NCBI GenBank assembly: GCA_963664435.2
Contig: CAXXKM010000002.1
Span: 192,001 to 256,000, forward strand
Origin: Longimicrobiales bacterium
GTDB taxonomy: Bacteria; Gemmatimonadota; Gemmatimonadetes; Longimicrobiales; Gaopeijiaceae
Direction of reading: 5' to 3'
Length of the DNA stretch: 64,000 nt
The position numbers were made by a program, and so were the translations under genes. Below are positions 49,778 to 58,746 of the stretch, one piece after another. How positions within the stretch are numbered: the stretch's first letter is position 1; each line of letters starts with the position of its first letter. Under the pieces are notes generated by a model. That model was not told the DNA's origin. It worked only from the letters and a program-made list of their open reading frames with translations, and ran no database searches.

Positions 49778-49820
49778 GGAGGTGCGGTTCGTCCCTGATC
49801 AGGGGGCGAACCGCAGCTCC
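49778..49820 (+). other. Strong intergenic hairpin between the LVIVD paralogs
   Basis: TGCGGTTCGTCCCT-GATC-AGGGGGCGAACCGCA flanked by GGAG/CTCC; no U-tract. Confidence 0.6.
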
Positions 49821-49849
49821 CGTACATCCATTCTCAGATAGAGGAATCG

Positions 49850-51853
49850 ATGACCTGTCTACCATCGACGCGTGACCGCATCCAAACCCCGGCGCGCCCG
49901 GGCGCGCTGTTTTCCTGCGCGGCGCTGGTCGTGCTCCTGTCCGCATGCGGCGGTTATTCGCCCCCCGGAACCGGCATGACTCCGGCAAGCCTCGCGCCGC
50001 TGAGCGTGAATCCGCCCACGCCCGACCCGCGCGTGGGGTTGGCGCCGGGACTCTTTGACGCCGGTGAAGCGATCTGGAATCTGCGCCTGGTCTCGGCCAC
50101 GCCCCCGACCGAGCCCTTCGTGGGTCAGACCAACTCGGACCTCGCCTTCACCGGCCCGTACGCGATCCAGGGCAACTACGACGGCATCCAGATCTGGGAC
50201 ATCTCCGACCCGGCCAACCCCGAGTCGGTGATCACCTACGTGTGCCCCGCCTCGCAGAGCGACGTCTCCGTCTACGAGCATCTGCTCTTCGTGTCGGGCG
50301 AGGGGATGGGCGGGCGGCTCGACTGCAGCGGGGAGGGAATCGAGGAGGCCGTGAGCCACGACCGGCTGCGCGGCATCCGCATCTTCGACATCTCCGACAT
50401 CACCGCGCCCGAGTACGTCGCCAACGTGCAGACCTGCCGCGGCTCGCACACGCACACCGTGCTCGAGCACCCCGGCGACGACGAGAACGTGTACGTCTAC
50501 GTGTCCGGCTCCGCTCCGGTCCGGCCCGCCGAGGAGCTTCCGGGCTGCTCCGATGCCCCCCCGGAGGAGGATCCCAACACGGCGCTCTTCCGCATCGAGG
50601 TCATCCGCGTGCCCCTCGCCGATCCGGCGAGCGCCGCGGTCGTGAGCTCGCCCCGCATCTTCGAGAACCTGGTGGCGCCGCCGACCCACGGGCCGGCCCC
50701 CGATGACCTCGCGCAAATCGAGGAAGCCCGCGAGCGCGGCGCCTTCATCGTCGAAGTCATGGGCCAGGAGATGGTCATGCCGGACTTCGCGGTCGAACAG
50801 ATACTCGGACAGATGTTGGCCGAGCGCGGGGAGGAAGGACCACCCACCGCCGCGGACAGCACGATGTTGCGCGAGATGCTTCCCATGATGATCGCCGCAC
50901 AGATGCCGGGGAGCGACGACGCCGGCCCGACCCAGTGCCACGACATCACCGTGTACCCGGCCATCGGCCTCGCGGGCGGGGCCTGCGAAGGGTACGGCAT
51001 GCTGATCGATATCAGCGACCCGGAGAACCCGGTGCGGCTCTCCGAAGTGGCCGACTCCAACTTCTCGTACTGGCACTCGGCGACGTTCAACAACGATGGC
51101 ACGGCCGTCATGTTCACGGACGAGTGGGGCGGCGGCGGATCGCCCAAGTGCCGTGCCTCGGACCCGGTGGAGTGGGGCGCCAACGCCATCTTCACCGTCG
51201 AGGACGGGGAGATGGTATTCCAGAGCTACTACAAGCTGCCCGCGCCGCAGACGCCGCAGGAGAACTGCGTCGCGCACAATGGTTCGCTCATCCCGATCCC
51301 CGGCCGCGACATCATGATCCAGGGCTGGTACCAGGGGGGTATTTCCCTGATCGACTGGACGGATCCCACCAACCCGGTCGAGATCGCCTACTTCGACCGC
51401 GGGCCCGTCGACGGCGAGGTGATGCGGATGGGCGGCAGCTGGTCGGTCTACTGGTACAACGGCGTGATCGTCAACTCCGAGATCGCGCGCGGGCTGGACA
51501 TCCTCGAGCTCGTTCCCAGCGACGTGATGACCCGGAACGAGATCGACGCGGCCAACGCCGTTCAGCTGACCCATCTCAATTCCCAGGGCCAGCCCATCTT
51601 CGAGTGGCCGGCGACCTTCTCGCTGGCCCGGGCCTACCTGGACCAGCTGGAGCGGCATCGGGGTCTGGACGCTGCCCGAATCGCGTCGGCGCGCGGCGAG
51701 CTGGACGCGGCCGAGGGCATGATGGGGTCGGGGCGCGCCTCGGCGTTGCGCTCTCTGGCGGATGCGCTGGATGGCGACGCCGGCAGAGCGCTCGATTCCG
51801 CGAAGGTAGAGAAGCTGGCGGAGGCCGTGCGGGAGCTGGCGGACGCGGGTTAG
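49850..51853 (+). CDS. LVIVD-repeat beta-propeller lipoprotein (paralog 2)
   Basis: Colinear and highly similar to 47764..49764; LSAC lipobox. Confidence 0.85.
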   Translation: MTCLPSTRDRIQTPARPGALFSCAALVVLLSACGGYSPPGTGMTPASLAPLSVNPPTPDPRVGLAPGLFDAGEAIWNLRLVSATPPTEPFVGQTNSDLAFTGPYAIQGNYDGIQIWDISDPANPESVITYVCPASQSDVSVYEHLLFVSGEGMGGRLDCSGEGIEEAVSHDRLRGIRIFDISDITAPEYVANVQTCRGSHTHTVLEHPGDDENVYVYVSGSAPVRPAEELPGCSDAPPEEDPNTALFRIEVIRVPLADPASAAVVSSPRIFENLVAPPTHGPAPDDLAQIEEARERGAFIVEVMGQEMVMPDFAVEQILGQMLAERGEEGPPTAADSTMLREMLPMMIAAQMPGSDDAGPTQCHDITVYPAIGLAGGACEGYGMLIDISDPENPVRLSEVADSNFSYWHSATFNNDGTAVMFTDEWGGGGSPKCRASDPVEWGANAIFTVEDGEMVFQSYYKLPAPQTPQENCVAHNGSLIPIPGRDIMIQGWYQGGISLIDWTDPTNPVEIAYFDRGPVDGEVMRMGGSWSVYWYNGVIVNSEIARGLDILELVPSDVMTRNEIDAANAVQLTHLNSQGQPIFEWPATFSLARAYLDQLERHRGLDAARIASARGELDAAEGMMGSGRASALRSLADALDGDAGRALDSAKVEKLAEAVRELADAG

Positions 51854-51907
51854 TGGAGTGACGTCAGGTCGGGCGCCTGGTGCCTGACCGGGATCCCGCG
51901 GAAAGTT

Positions 51908-51941
51908 ACGGCCCGTCCCCATCGGGGGGCGGGCCGTGTTT
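51908..51941. terminator. Probable intrinsic terminator between convergent genes
   Basis: ACGGCCCGTCCCC-ATCG-GGGGGCGGGCCGT followed by GTTT. Confidence 0.6.
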
Positions 51942-51967
51942 CCCATGGCCAGCGGCGGAACGCCGTG

Positions 51968-52207
51968 TCACCGGACCTCCACCGACAAGGGCTCCGCAGG
52001 ATTGAGCCCATTCTCCAGCAATGTCTCGATGAAGAGACGTTTTGCGGCCTGCAGGTTGCGCCGCGCTTCCCGGGGAGTGTCTCCGTGACTCTCGCACCCG
52101 GGCAGCTCGACTACGCGCGCCAGGTAGCACCGGGTGCCGTCCGTACAGTCCTCAAGGCTGACCTCTTCCCTGTAGGGGAGTCCGGCGTAATACTCAACGT
52201 TTTTCAT
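51968..52207 (-). CDS. hicB: HicB family antitoxin (short form)
   Basis: YYAGLPY, YLARVVELPGCESHGDTPREARRNL. Confidence 0.85.
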   Translation of the reverse strand: MKNVEYYAGLPYREEVSLEDCTDGTRCYLARVVELPGCESHGDTPREARRNLQAAKRLFIETLLENGLNPAEPLSVEVR

Positions 52208-52430
52208 GGCGGATGTCCCCACTCACCTGTTCAAGATCTTCGATGAGCCTCAGTGCGGTCCGAACATAGCCCGCAGGTAACGACCTGTGACGCGCTACGG
52301 TCGCGACGAGTCGCGGATGGTCAGGGTGCCAATCTACACTATGCCTGCCTCCTTCGCGCCTCTTGAAGCCGTAGCTGGCCCGAATCTCCGGGCGACAGGA
52401 TGGAAGAATGACGCGTTCCATGCCCTCCAT
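52194..52430 (-). CDS. hicA: HicA-like toxin, N-terminus atypical (possibly degenerate)
   Basis: YGFKRREGGRH..HP...TVARH..L..GYV; directly upstream of and overlapping hicB. Confidence 0.55.
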   Translation of the reverse strand: MEGMERVILPSCRPEIRASYGFKRREGGRHSVDWHPDHPRLVATVARHRSLPAGYVRTALRLIEDLEQVSGDIRHEKR

Positions 52431-52540
52431 ATCTTGCCGCACGCGTGCGCGCGCCGTACTAGTCAATTGGATGCAAGGCTCTTCGCGTCGCTGGAAATCG
52501 GTGGCGGGAGGGAAGCCGCTCACCCTGGCCGGAGGTCGAG

Positions 52541-53356
52541 ATGGTGGAAGTTGATCGCAAAACCTTCCTCGCAAGCCTTCCCGCGGGTGCTCTCGCCGTC
52601 ATGTCGCACGAGGACAAGGCGGAGGCGCTCGAGCACTACATGGAAGACGAGCTGGACGACAGGATCGCCGCACGGCGAGGGGAGGCGGACGGAGAAGCCG
52701 GCTCCATCATCACTCTCGATGAGCTGGAGCAGGAGGGACCCCGGGCGCCGCGCGGCACCGGACGGCTCTTCCAGCCGACGGAAGACGAATTCGCGCCGAT
52801 GCCGGACGTCCCGACGCTGCTCGACTTCTTCCGGCTGCGCTTCGCGCCCGCGAACCACGTCCTGCAGAGCGCCACGCACGCGCTCACCACGGGACAGCCC
52901 GAGCGGACGATCTTCGCGTGCCTGATGCACGACGTGGTGCTCAACCTGATCAAGGGCGACCACGGCTGGTGGGGCGCCCAGCTGATCGAGCCCTACGTGG
53001 ACGAGCGCATCTCCTGGGGCATCCGCTATCACGGGCCGCTGCGCTTCTATACGGATGAGGAGTTCGGGTACGAGTATCCGGAGATGTACAACCGCATCTT
53101 CGGGCACGACTACGTGCCGGAGCCCTACATCAAGCAGGCCTACGAGTTCGCGCGCGGCCACCGCTACTACGCGGAGGCGCGGCTGATCACGGTCAACGAC
53201 ACCTACGCGTTCCAGGACAACATGGACGTCGACATCGAGGTGTTCACCGACATCATCGGGCGTCAGTTCAAGCAGCCGAAGGAAGGGCTGGGCTACGACA
53301 ACAGCCCGGTCGCGCACATGTGGCGGACGATGGCGAACCCGAACAGGCCGCTGTAG
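52541..53356 (+). CDS. HD-superfamily protein, PhnZ-like motif pattern
   Basis: NHVLQSA, ACLMHDV, DHGWWGA, IRYH, VND; GGAGG SD. Confidence 0.65.
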   Translation: MVEVDRKTFLASLPAGALAVMSHEDKAEALEHYMEDELDDRIAARRGEADGEAGSIITLDELEQEGPRAPRGTGRLFQPTEDEFAPMPDVPTLLDFFRLRFAPANHVLQSATHALTTGQPERTIFACLMHDVVLNLIKGDHGWWGAQLIEPYVDERISWGIRYHGPLRFYTDEEFGYEYPEMYNRIFGHDYVPEPYIKQAYEFARGHRYYAEARLITVNDTYAFQDNMDVDIEVFTDIIGRQFKQPKEGLGYDNSPVAHMWRTMANPNRPL

Positions 53357-53708
53357 AGGGAAGAACTTCTCAAAGGGAGCCGGGACGAGTTCGGAGTGTT
53401 GAACTCGGACCGGCGGCGAGGTTCCGAGCCGGATCGAGGCTCGCCGGAACCTGGAGCGCGCGTCGAGACCCGCGGGCTCGGCCTGATCGGCCGGGTTCGC
53501 GGGCTTGCCATTTGCCGGCGACGGATGTGCGTGGCCCCGGTTGGTCCTCCGGTCCCGGATCAGCCCGGCTCTTCCCGGGGGACGGGTGTCCATGCCGGGA
53601 TCCTGACAATTCCCTTGCACCCGGATCGTTGAGCGCGGCTGCCTGACCGGTACCTTCAGAGTATGGTAAAGGACCGCATGATGACCCGCCGGCGTCGGAT
53701 GGTCACGT

Positions 53709-56657
53709 GTGACGAGTGTGCGTTTGCCGACATTGGTGTTGGCGGGGATGGGGGGCAGTCAGGTGGATGAGAAGGCAAGGCAGGAACGGATCGGAGCCCG
53801 GCACCGACGCACCGTCGGGGGCCTGGCTCCGAGTTTTTTCGTGATGGCTCTGTGCTCGCTGGCGATGGTCCGGCCCCTCCCGGCATTGGCCGCGCCCCGG
53901 CCGGACAGCCCTGCGGCATCGAGCGCCCCGGCCACGCCGCTGCAGGCGCCGCGGGAGTACCGGGTGCGGGGCGTCGTGACCGACTCGTCGGGCGCGGCGT
54001 TGCACAACGCCATGGTGGTGGCGCTTGCGAGGCAGGACTCGGTGCTGGTCGAGTACACGCTCAGCTCCCAGGACGGCCGCTTCACCATCGAGGGCCTGCC
54101 GGCGGGCGGCTACATCCTCCAGGTCACGCTGATCGGTTACGGGACGTTGCGCCGCGACTTCGACATCGCCAACACCGATATCGATGCCGGCGGCATCGCG
54201 CTCTCGTCCACGGCGCTGGAGATGGACTCGGTGGTCGTCAGCGTGGAGCACGTCCCCTTCGTGAATCAGCGCGACACCTTCAGCTACAACGTGCAGGCGT
54301 TTCCAACGCCGCCCAACGCGACCGTCGAGGAGTTGTTGCGGCGGCTTCCCGGGATCGATGTCGACGCCGACGGGTCGATCACGGCACAGGGCGAAGCGGT
54401 CGCGAAGATCCTCGTGGACGGCAAGGAGTTCTTCGGCGACGATCCGACGGTCGCGATGGAGAATCTGCCCGCGGACGCCATCGAGCAGATCGCCGTGTAC
54501 GACAAGGAATCGGACATGGCCGAGTTTACCGGCATCCCCGACGGCGAAGAGGAGCGCACGATCAACCTGAAGCTCAGGGAAGAGGCGAGAAGCGGCTATT
54601 TCGGGCGCGCCCGGGGCGACATCGGGGGCGACGGCGGCAGCCGGGCCCGGCTTACCGCGCCCGTGGGCAGCGAAGCGAGGTACAACGGTTCGCTTTCCCT
54701 GAACCGCTTCTCGCCCACCGTCCAGCTGGCGCTGACCGCAAACGCGAACAACGTGAACCAGGGACGCTCCCGCGGTGGCTTCCCGAATCTCGCCGCCGGC
54801 ATGCCGGGTGGAGGAGGCGGGAGGTCGAGCGACGGTCTTACCGAAACGATGAGCCTCGGGGTCAACGGAAGCCGGGAGTACAGCGAAGAGACCTGGCTGC
54901 GGGGCAGCTACACCATCAGGCAGCTGGACAATCTCCAGGACCGGAGCCTGCAGCAGCGGGCCCTGTTCGGATCGGATGTCGCGTCGCTGGTCGACCAGAC
55001 GAGCAAACAGGAAGCCGGCAACGTGAGTCATCGCCTGGACCTGAACGGGCAGGTCGAATTCTCGGAAGGGCATGGGCTGCGGCTGCGCATGAGAGGAAAT
55101 GCGCGCGGGTCCTCGCTCACCTCGTTCGCCAATCGGCAAACGCACACCCTCGGCGGGGACATGCTCAATTCCGCCACCACCGCCTACGGGGTGAACGGGG
55201 ACGAACTGGGCGGGGACGGTCGGCTCACCTGGCGCAAGCGTCTGAACGAGGAGGGCCGCAGCCTCGTCGCGGAACTGACGAGCGACCTTGAGGATTCCGA
55301 CCTCTCCGCCGACCTGTCTTCGCTGGTTACGGGAGAGAGGCTCACCAGGGACGCCGGAGACGATGTCGACGATGTTCGCGAGATCCTTCAGGAGCAGTCG
55401 CGCGTGGGGTGGACCCGCAGCAATTCGGCGCGCCTCTCGCTGACCCAGCCGCTCGCGGAAGGCCACACCATCGAGCTGTTCGGCCAGCGTAACGCGACCC
55501 ACCAGGACCGCAACAATGCGGTCTACGATCGCGTCGACGGCACCCTGGTTCACAACCCCGGGATGAGCTCGGGATTCGAGCGAGCCTACACCTATTTGCA
55601 GGGCGGCACCCGCTACAGCCGCAACACCGAGAGCTCCTGGCTCACGCTCGGGATTCGCGTGCAGAGATCCAACCTCGACGGCGTCATCCTGGGCCGGAAC
55701 GAGTCCATCGCCAACGGCTACACGCACCTGCTCGGCAACGCGCGGCTGAAGAAGGAGATCAAGGAAGGGCAGACCCTCCAGGTCCGCTACGAAGGCTCGA
55801 GTCGCGAGCCGTCGCTGACGCAGCTCCAGCCCTACGCCGACAACACCGATCCCCTCAACGTCTACTCCGGGAACCCGGATCTGCGCCCGGAATACCGGCA
55901 CCGGGTCAACGCCGACTACCGTCTGTTCGACGAGGTGACCTTCATCAACCTCCGCACCTTCGCCCGCTTCACCTACACCGACGACAACATCTCGACATCC
56001 CGGGTTTTCGACGAGCGCGGCTTTCAGACGCGGATGCCGGTCAACACCAGCGGCGAGTGGTCCGGCAACATGGGAGCCAACTTCGACACCCCGGTCCGGA
56101 GGCTGGGCATCGACGTGGAGCTCGAATACGAGGTGTCCTATTCGGAGGGGACGGAACTCGTGAACCACGCGGCCAACGAGAGCCGCATCCTGCGCAACTC
56201 GCTCGAGATCGGAGTGGACAACCGGGAGAAGGACCGGCTGGACGTGCGCGCTTCGGTCAGCTTCAACTTCAACAACGTCGCGTACTCGCTGAACCAGGAG
56301 CTCGACCGCGGCTACGTCAACAGCCAGTACCGCGCGGAAGCTACCTGGCACATCGGTGACGCCTGGACCCTGGAATCGGATTTCCGCCACCGGGTCTTCG
56401 ACCAAGGCCTCTTCGGGGAGGCGCGCAACGTCGCGCGCTGGGATGCCGCCATCTCCCGGCGCGTGCTCGAGGAACGCGCCGAGATCGAGCTGCGGGCCTA
56501 CGACCTCCTGAACCAGAACCAGGGCGTCGCCATCACCAATTCGGCGAACTACATCGAGGAGTCGCGGACGGACGCGCTCGGGCAGTACTTCATGCTGAGG
56601 GTGATGTACCGGCTGGGAACGCCGATGAACCGTAGGGGGTCGAGGAGAGGACGGTAG
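53709..56657 (+). CDS. Outer-membrane beta-barrel / TonB-dependent-receptor-like protein (start uncertain)
   Basis: N-terminal carboxypeptidase-regulatory-like domain, EELLRRLPGIDV plug, VDGKEFF, GNPDLRPE, terminal YFMLRVMYRL strand. Confidence 0.85.
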   Translation: MTSVRLPTLVLAGMGGSQVDEKARQERIGARHRRTVGGLAPSFFVMALCSLAMVRPLPALAAPRPDSPAASSAPATPLQAPREYRVRGVVTDSSGAALHNAMVVALARQDSVLVEYTLSSQDGRFTIEGLPAGGYILQVTLIGYGTLRRDFDIANTDIDAGGIALSSTALEMDSVVVSVEHVPFVNQRDTFSYNVQAFPTPPNATVEELLRRLPGIDVDADGSITAQGEAVAKILVDGKEFFGDDPTVAMENLPADAIEQIAVYDKESDMAEFTGIPDGEEERTINLKLREEARSGYFGRARGDIGGDGGSRARLTAPVGSEARYNGSLSLNRFSPTVQLALTANANNVNQGRSRGGFPNLAAGMPGGGGGRSSDGLTETMSLGVNGSREYSEETWLRGSYTIRQLDNLQDRSLQQRALFGSDVASLVDQTSKQEAGNVSHRLDLNGQVEFSEGHGLRLRMRGNARGSSLTSFANRQTHTLGGDMLNSATTAYGVNGDELGGDGRLTWRKRLNEEGRSLVAELTSDLEDSDLSADLSSLVTGERLTRDAGDDVDDVREILQEQSRVGWTRSNSARLSLTQPLAEGHTIELFGQRNATHQDRNNAVYDRVDGTLVHNPGMSSGFERAYTYLQGGTRYSRNTESSWLTLGIRVQRSNLDGVILGRNESIANGYTHLLGNARLKKEIKEGQTLQVRYEGSSREPSLTQLQPYADNTDPLNVYSGNPDLRPEYRHRVNADYRLFDEVTFINLRTFARFTYTDDNISTSRVFDERGFQTRMPVNTSGEWSGNMGANFDTPVRRLGIDVELEYEVSYSEGTELVNHAANESRILRNSLEIGVDNREKDRLDVRASVSFNFNNVAYSLNQELDRGYVNSQYRAEATWHIGDAWTLESDFRHRVFDQGLFGEARNVARWDAAISRRVLEERAEIELRAYDLLNQNQGVAITNSANYIEESRTDALGQYFMLRVMYRLGTPMNRRGSRRGR

Positions 56658-56709
56658 TTGGTCCGCGGGTGAACCGCGCGAGCAGGCGCGGGGCTGGCTG
56701 GGTCACGGA

Positions 56710-56736
56710 TTACGTAATTTACGTATTTTATGTAAT
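56710..56736. promoter_or_regulatory. Three tandem 9-bp units (TTACGTAWT) upstream of the Ig-repeat gene
   Basis: TTACGTAAT TTACGTATT TTATGTAAT; matches 14797-14832. Confidence 0.6.
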
Positions 56737-57019
56737 CTGCTCGATCCAGCGCCGAGGCATCGCCGTTCAAATGCCGGGGGGAGAGTTCACCTGCGGGCTG
56801 GCGGTGCATTGGAGATGGCCAGCCGCACTGGGCGCGGCGCCCCTGGCACGGTCGAGGTCGCGGTTCACGGAAACCCACGCTGTCCGCGTTGCGTGCTCTG
56901 CGCGCATGGCATAGCCTTGCGGAAGTTTCAGGCTCGTCACGTCCGAGGGTCCTCGTGCGTGGCGGCCCGCACCCATTGAAGACGCAGCGCACACCACGTC
57001 ACACGGAGCAAGAGCGCAA

Positions 57020-58642
57020 ATGCGAGCAATCCGAGTCCTGGCCCTGGTCCTGATGACGGCAGGAGCTCCCTTGTGGGTGGCGACCTGCGGCGGTGACGGC
57101 GGTACGGAACCGACCCCTACCACCCCTCCCACGCCTCCCCCACCCCCGCCACCCGCGAATCGCGCGCCGACCGCCACGGGCAGCATAGATGCCCAGACGG
57201 TCGTCGCCGGGGAGAGCGTTTCGGTCAATGTGGCCGGAAACTTCACCGACCCGGACGGCAACACGCTGTCCTTCTCGGCGGCGAGCTCCGACGACGCGGT
57301 CGCCACGGCTTCGGTTTCGGGGAGCAACGTGACCATCAACGGCGTCGCGGCAGGAACCGCGACCGTGACCGTGACGGCAAGCGACCCGGGCGGACTGTCC
57401 GCGACCCAGAGCATCAGCGTGACGGTCGAAGCCGTCAACCAGGCGCCCGTGGGAGAGGGCATCATCGACGACCAGGGTATGGTCGTGGGCGATGAGGTTA
57501 CCGTGGACGTGACCGACAACTTCAGCGACCCGGACGGCGACGAACTGACCTACGCCGCCACCAGCTCGGATACGGCCGTGGCGACCGTCGCGACCGAGGG
57601 TGCGATGGTGACCATCACGGCCGTGGCCGCGGGGAGCGCCACCATCACCGTGACCGCCACCGATCCGGGCGAGCTCTCGGCCAGCCAGGAGTTCGGCGTG
57701 ACCGTCGAGGAATCCAACGAGGCACCCGTGGCGGAAGGCGCCATCGACGACGTGACCGTGGTCGCGGGCAGCGAGGCGACGGTGGACGTGACGGACAACT
57801 TCCGCGATCCGGACGGTGACGACCTGACCTACGCCGCGACCAGCTCGGATGAGGCGGTGGCAACCGTCTCCACCGAGGGTGCCGTGGTGACCGTCATGGG
57901 CATCGGGCCGGGCGACGCCACCGTGACCGTGACCGCCTCGGACGCGGGCATGCTTTCGGCCAGCCTGGAGTTCGGCGTGACCGTCACGCCGCCCCCGGTC
58001 CCACCCGAGATCACCGACACGATCCCGACGCACGACATGATCGTGGACAGCATGGTGGTGCTCGACGTGTCGTCGTACTTCGAGGACGCCGAGCTGACCT
58101 ACATGGCCACGACCTCGGACGAGACGGTGGCGTCGACATCCGTGGACGGCAGCACGGTGACCACGACGGGCACGGGCGCCGTCGAGGACAGCATCAGCGT
58201 GGCGATGCTGGCGGTCACGGCCACGAACGAGGACGGGTTGTCGGTCACCCAGGACTCGATCATGGTGCGGGTGCACCAGGAGGCGTATGACAGCCTGCCG
58301 GGGATCACGGTGAGAGAGGACGGCGTTCTGCTTGCCGAGGTAGTCGGAACGACCACCCCGCTCACCATCTGCCTCCAGGTTCGCAACTTCCCGGTCGCCG
58401 GAACCAGTTTCACCGTGTTCTGGTCGGAGTGGCAGCGCGCGGTGGGCAGCGGCTGGGTCGTCGCCCAGGACAACAACAAGGCCCACGTAACCGCCGGCGA
58501 GGGTCTGGGAGGCTCGGTCTGTCCGATCAATATCCTCGAAGACGCGTTTCCGCCGGGCATCTACCGTCTCGTCGGCTTTGTGATGCTCGGCGAGGAGACC
58601 GGGTACTACAAGACCAACACCTTCGAGAAGCGGCAGCCGTAG
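57020..58642 (+). CDS. Surface lipoprotein with tandem Ig/cadherin-like domains
   Basis: VATC lipobox, Pro-rich linker, 93-aa repeats beginning NxAP at 57158, 57437 and 57716 with FxDPDG, plus a diverged fourth repeat. Confidence 0.88.
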   Translation: MRAIRVLALVLMTAGAPLWVATCGGDGGTEPTPTTPPTPPPPPPPANRAPTATGSIDAQTVVAGESVSVNVAGNFTDPDGNTLSFSAASSDDAVATASVSGSNVTINGVAAGTATVTVTASDPGGLSATQSISVTVEAVNQAPVGEGIIDDQGMVVGDEVTVDVTDNFSDPDGDELTYAATSSDTAVATVATEGAMVTITAVAAGSATITVTATDPGELSASQEFGVTVEESNEAPVAEGAIDDVTVVAGSEATVDVTDNFRDPDGDDLTYAATSSDEAVATVSTEGAVVTVMGIGPGDATVTVTASDAGMLSASLEFGVTVTPPPVPPEITDTIPTHDMIVDSMVVLDVSSYFEDAELTYMATTSDETVASTSVDGSTVTTTGTGAVEDSISVAMLAVTATNEDGLSVTQDSIMVRVHQEAYDSLPGITVREDGVLLAEVVGTTTPLTICLQVRNFPVAGTSFTVFWSEWQRAVGSGWVVAQDNNKAHVTAGEGLGGSVCPINILEDAFPPGIYRLVGFVMLGEETGYYKTNTFEKRQP

Positions 58643-58746
58643 CCCAGATGTGACCGCTCCCGGTCCTGCCGGATCTCTCTGACGCGCCACAGGTCGCGTT
58701 TCGGCGCCGTCGCTCGTTGAAGAGACGGGGGCGCCGAAGCGTGATT

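Noticed and set aside
53360..53700. Cobalamin or TPP riboswitch before the outer-membrane receptor
   Set aside because: I could not find the conserved core motifs of either class.
57110..57155. C-rich tract as a phase-variation site
   Set aside because: It encodes a Pro/Thr linker with varied codons and is not a pure homopolymer.
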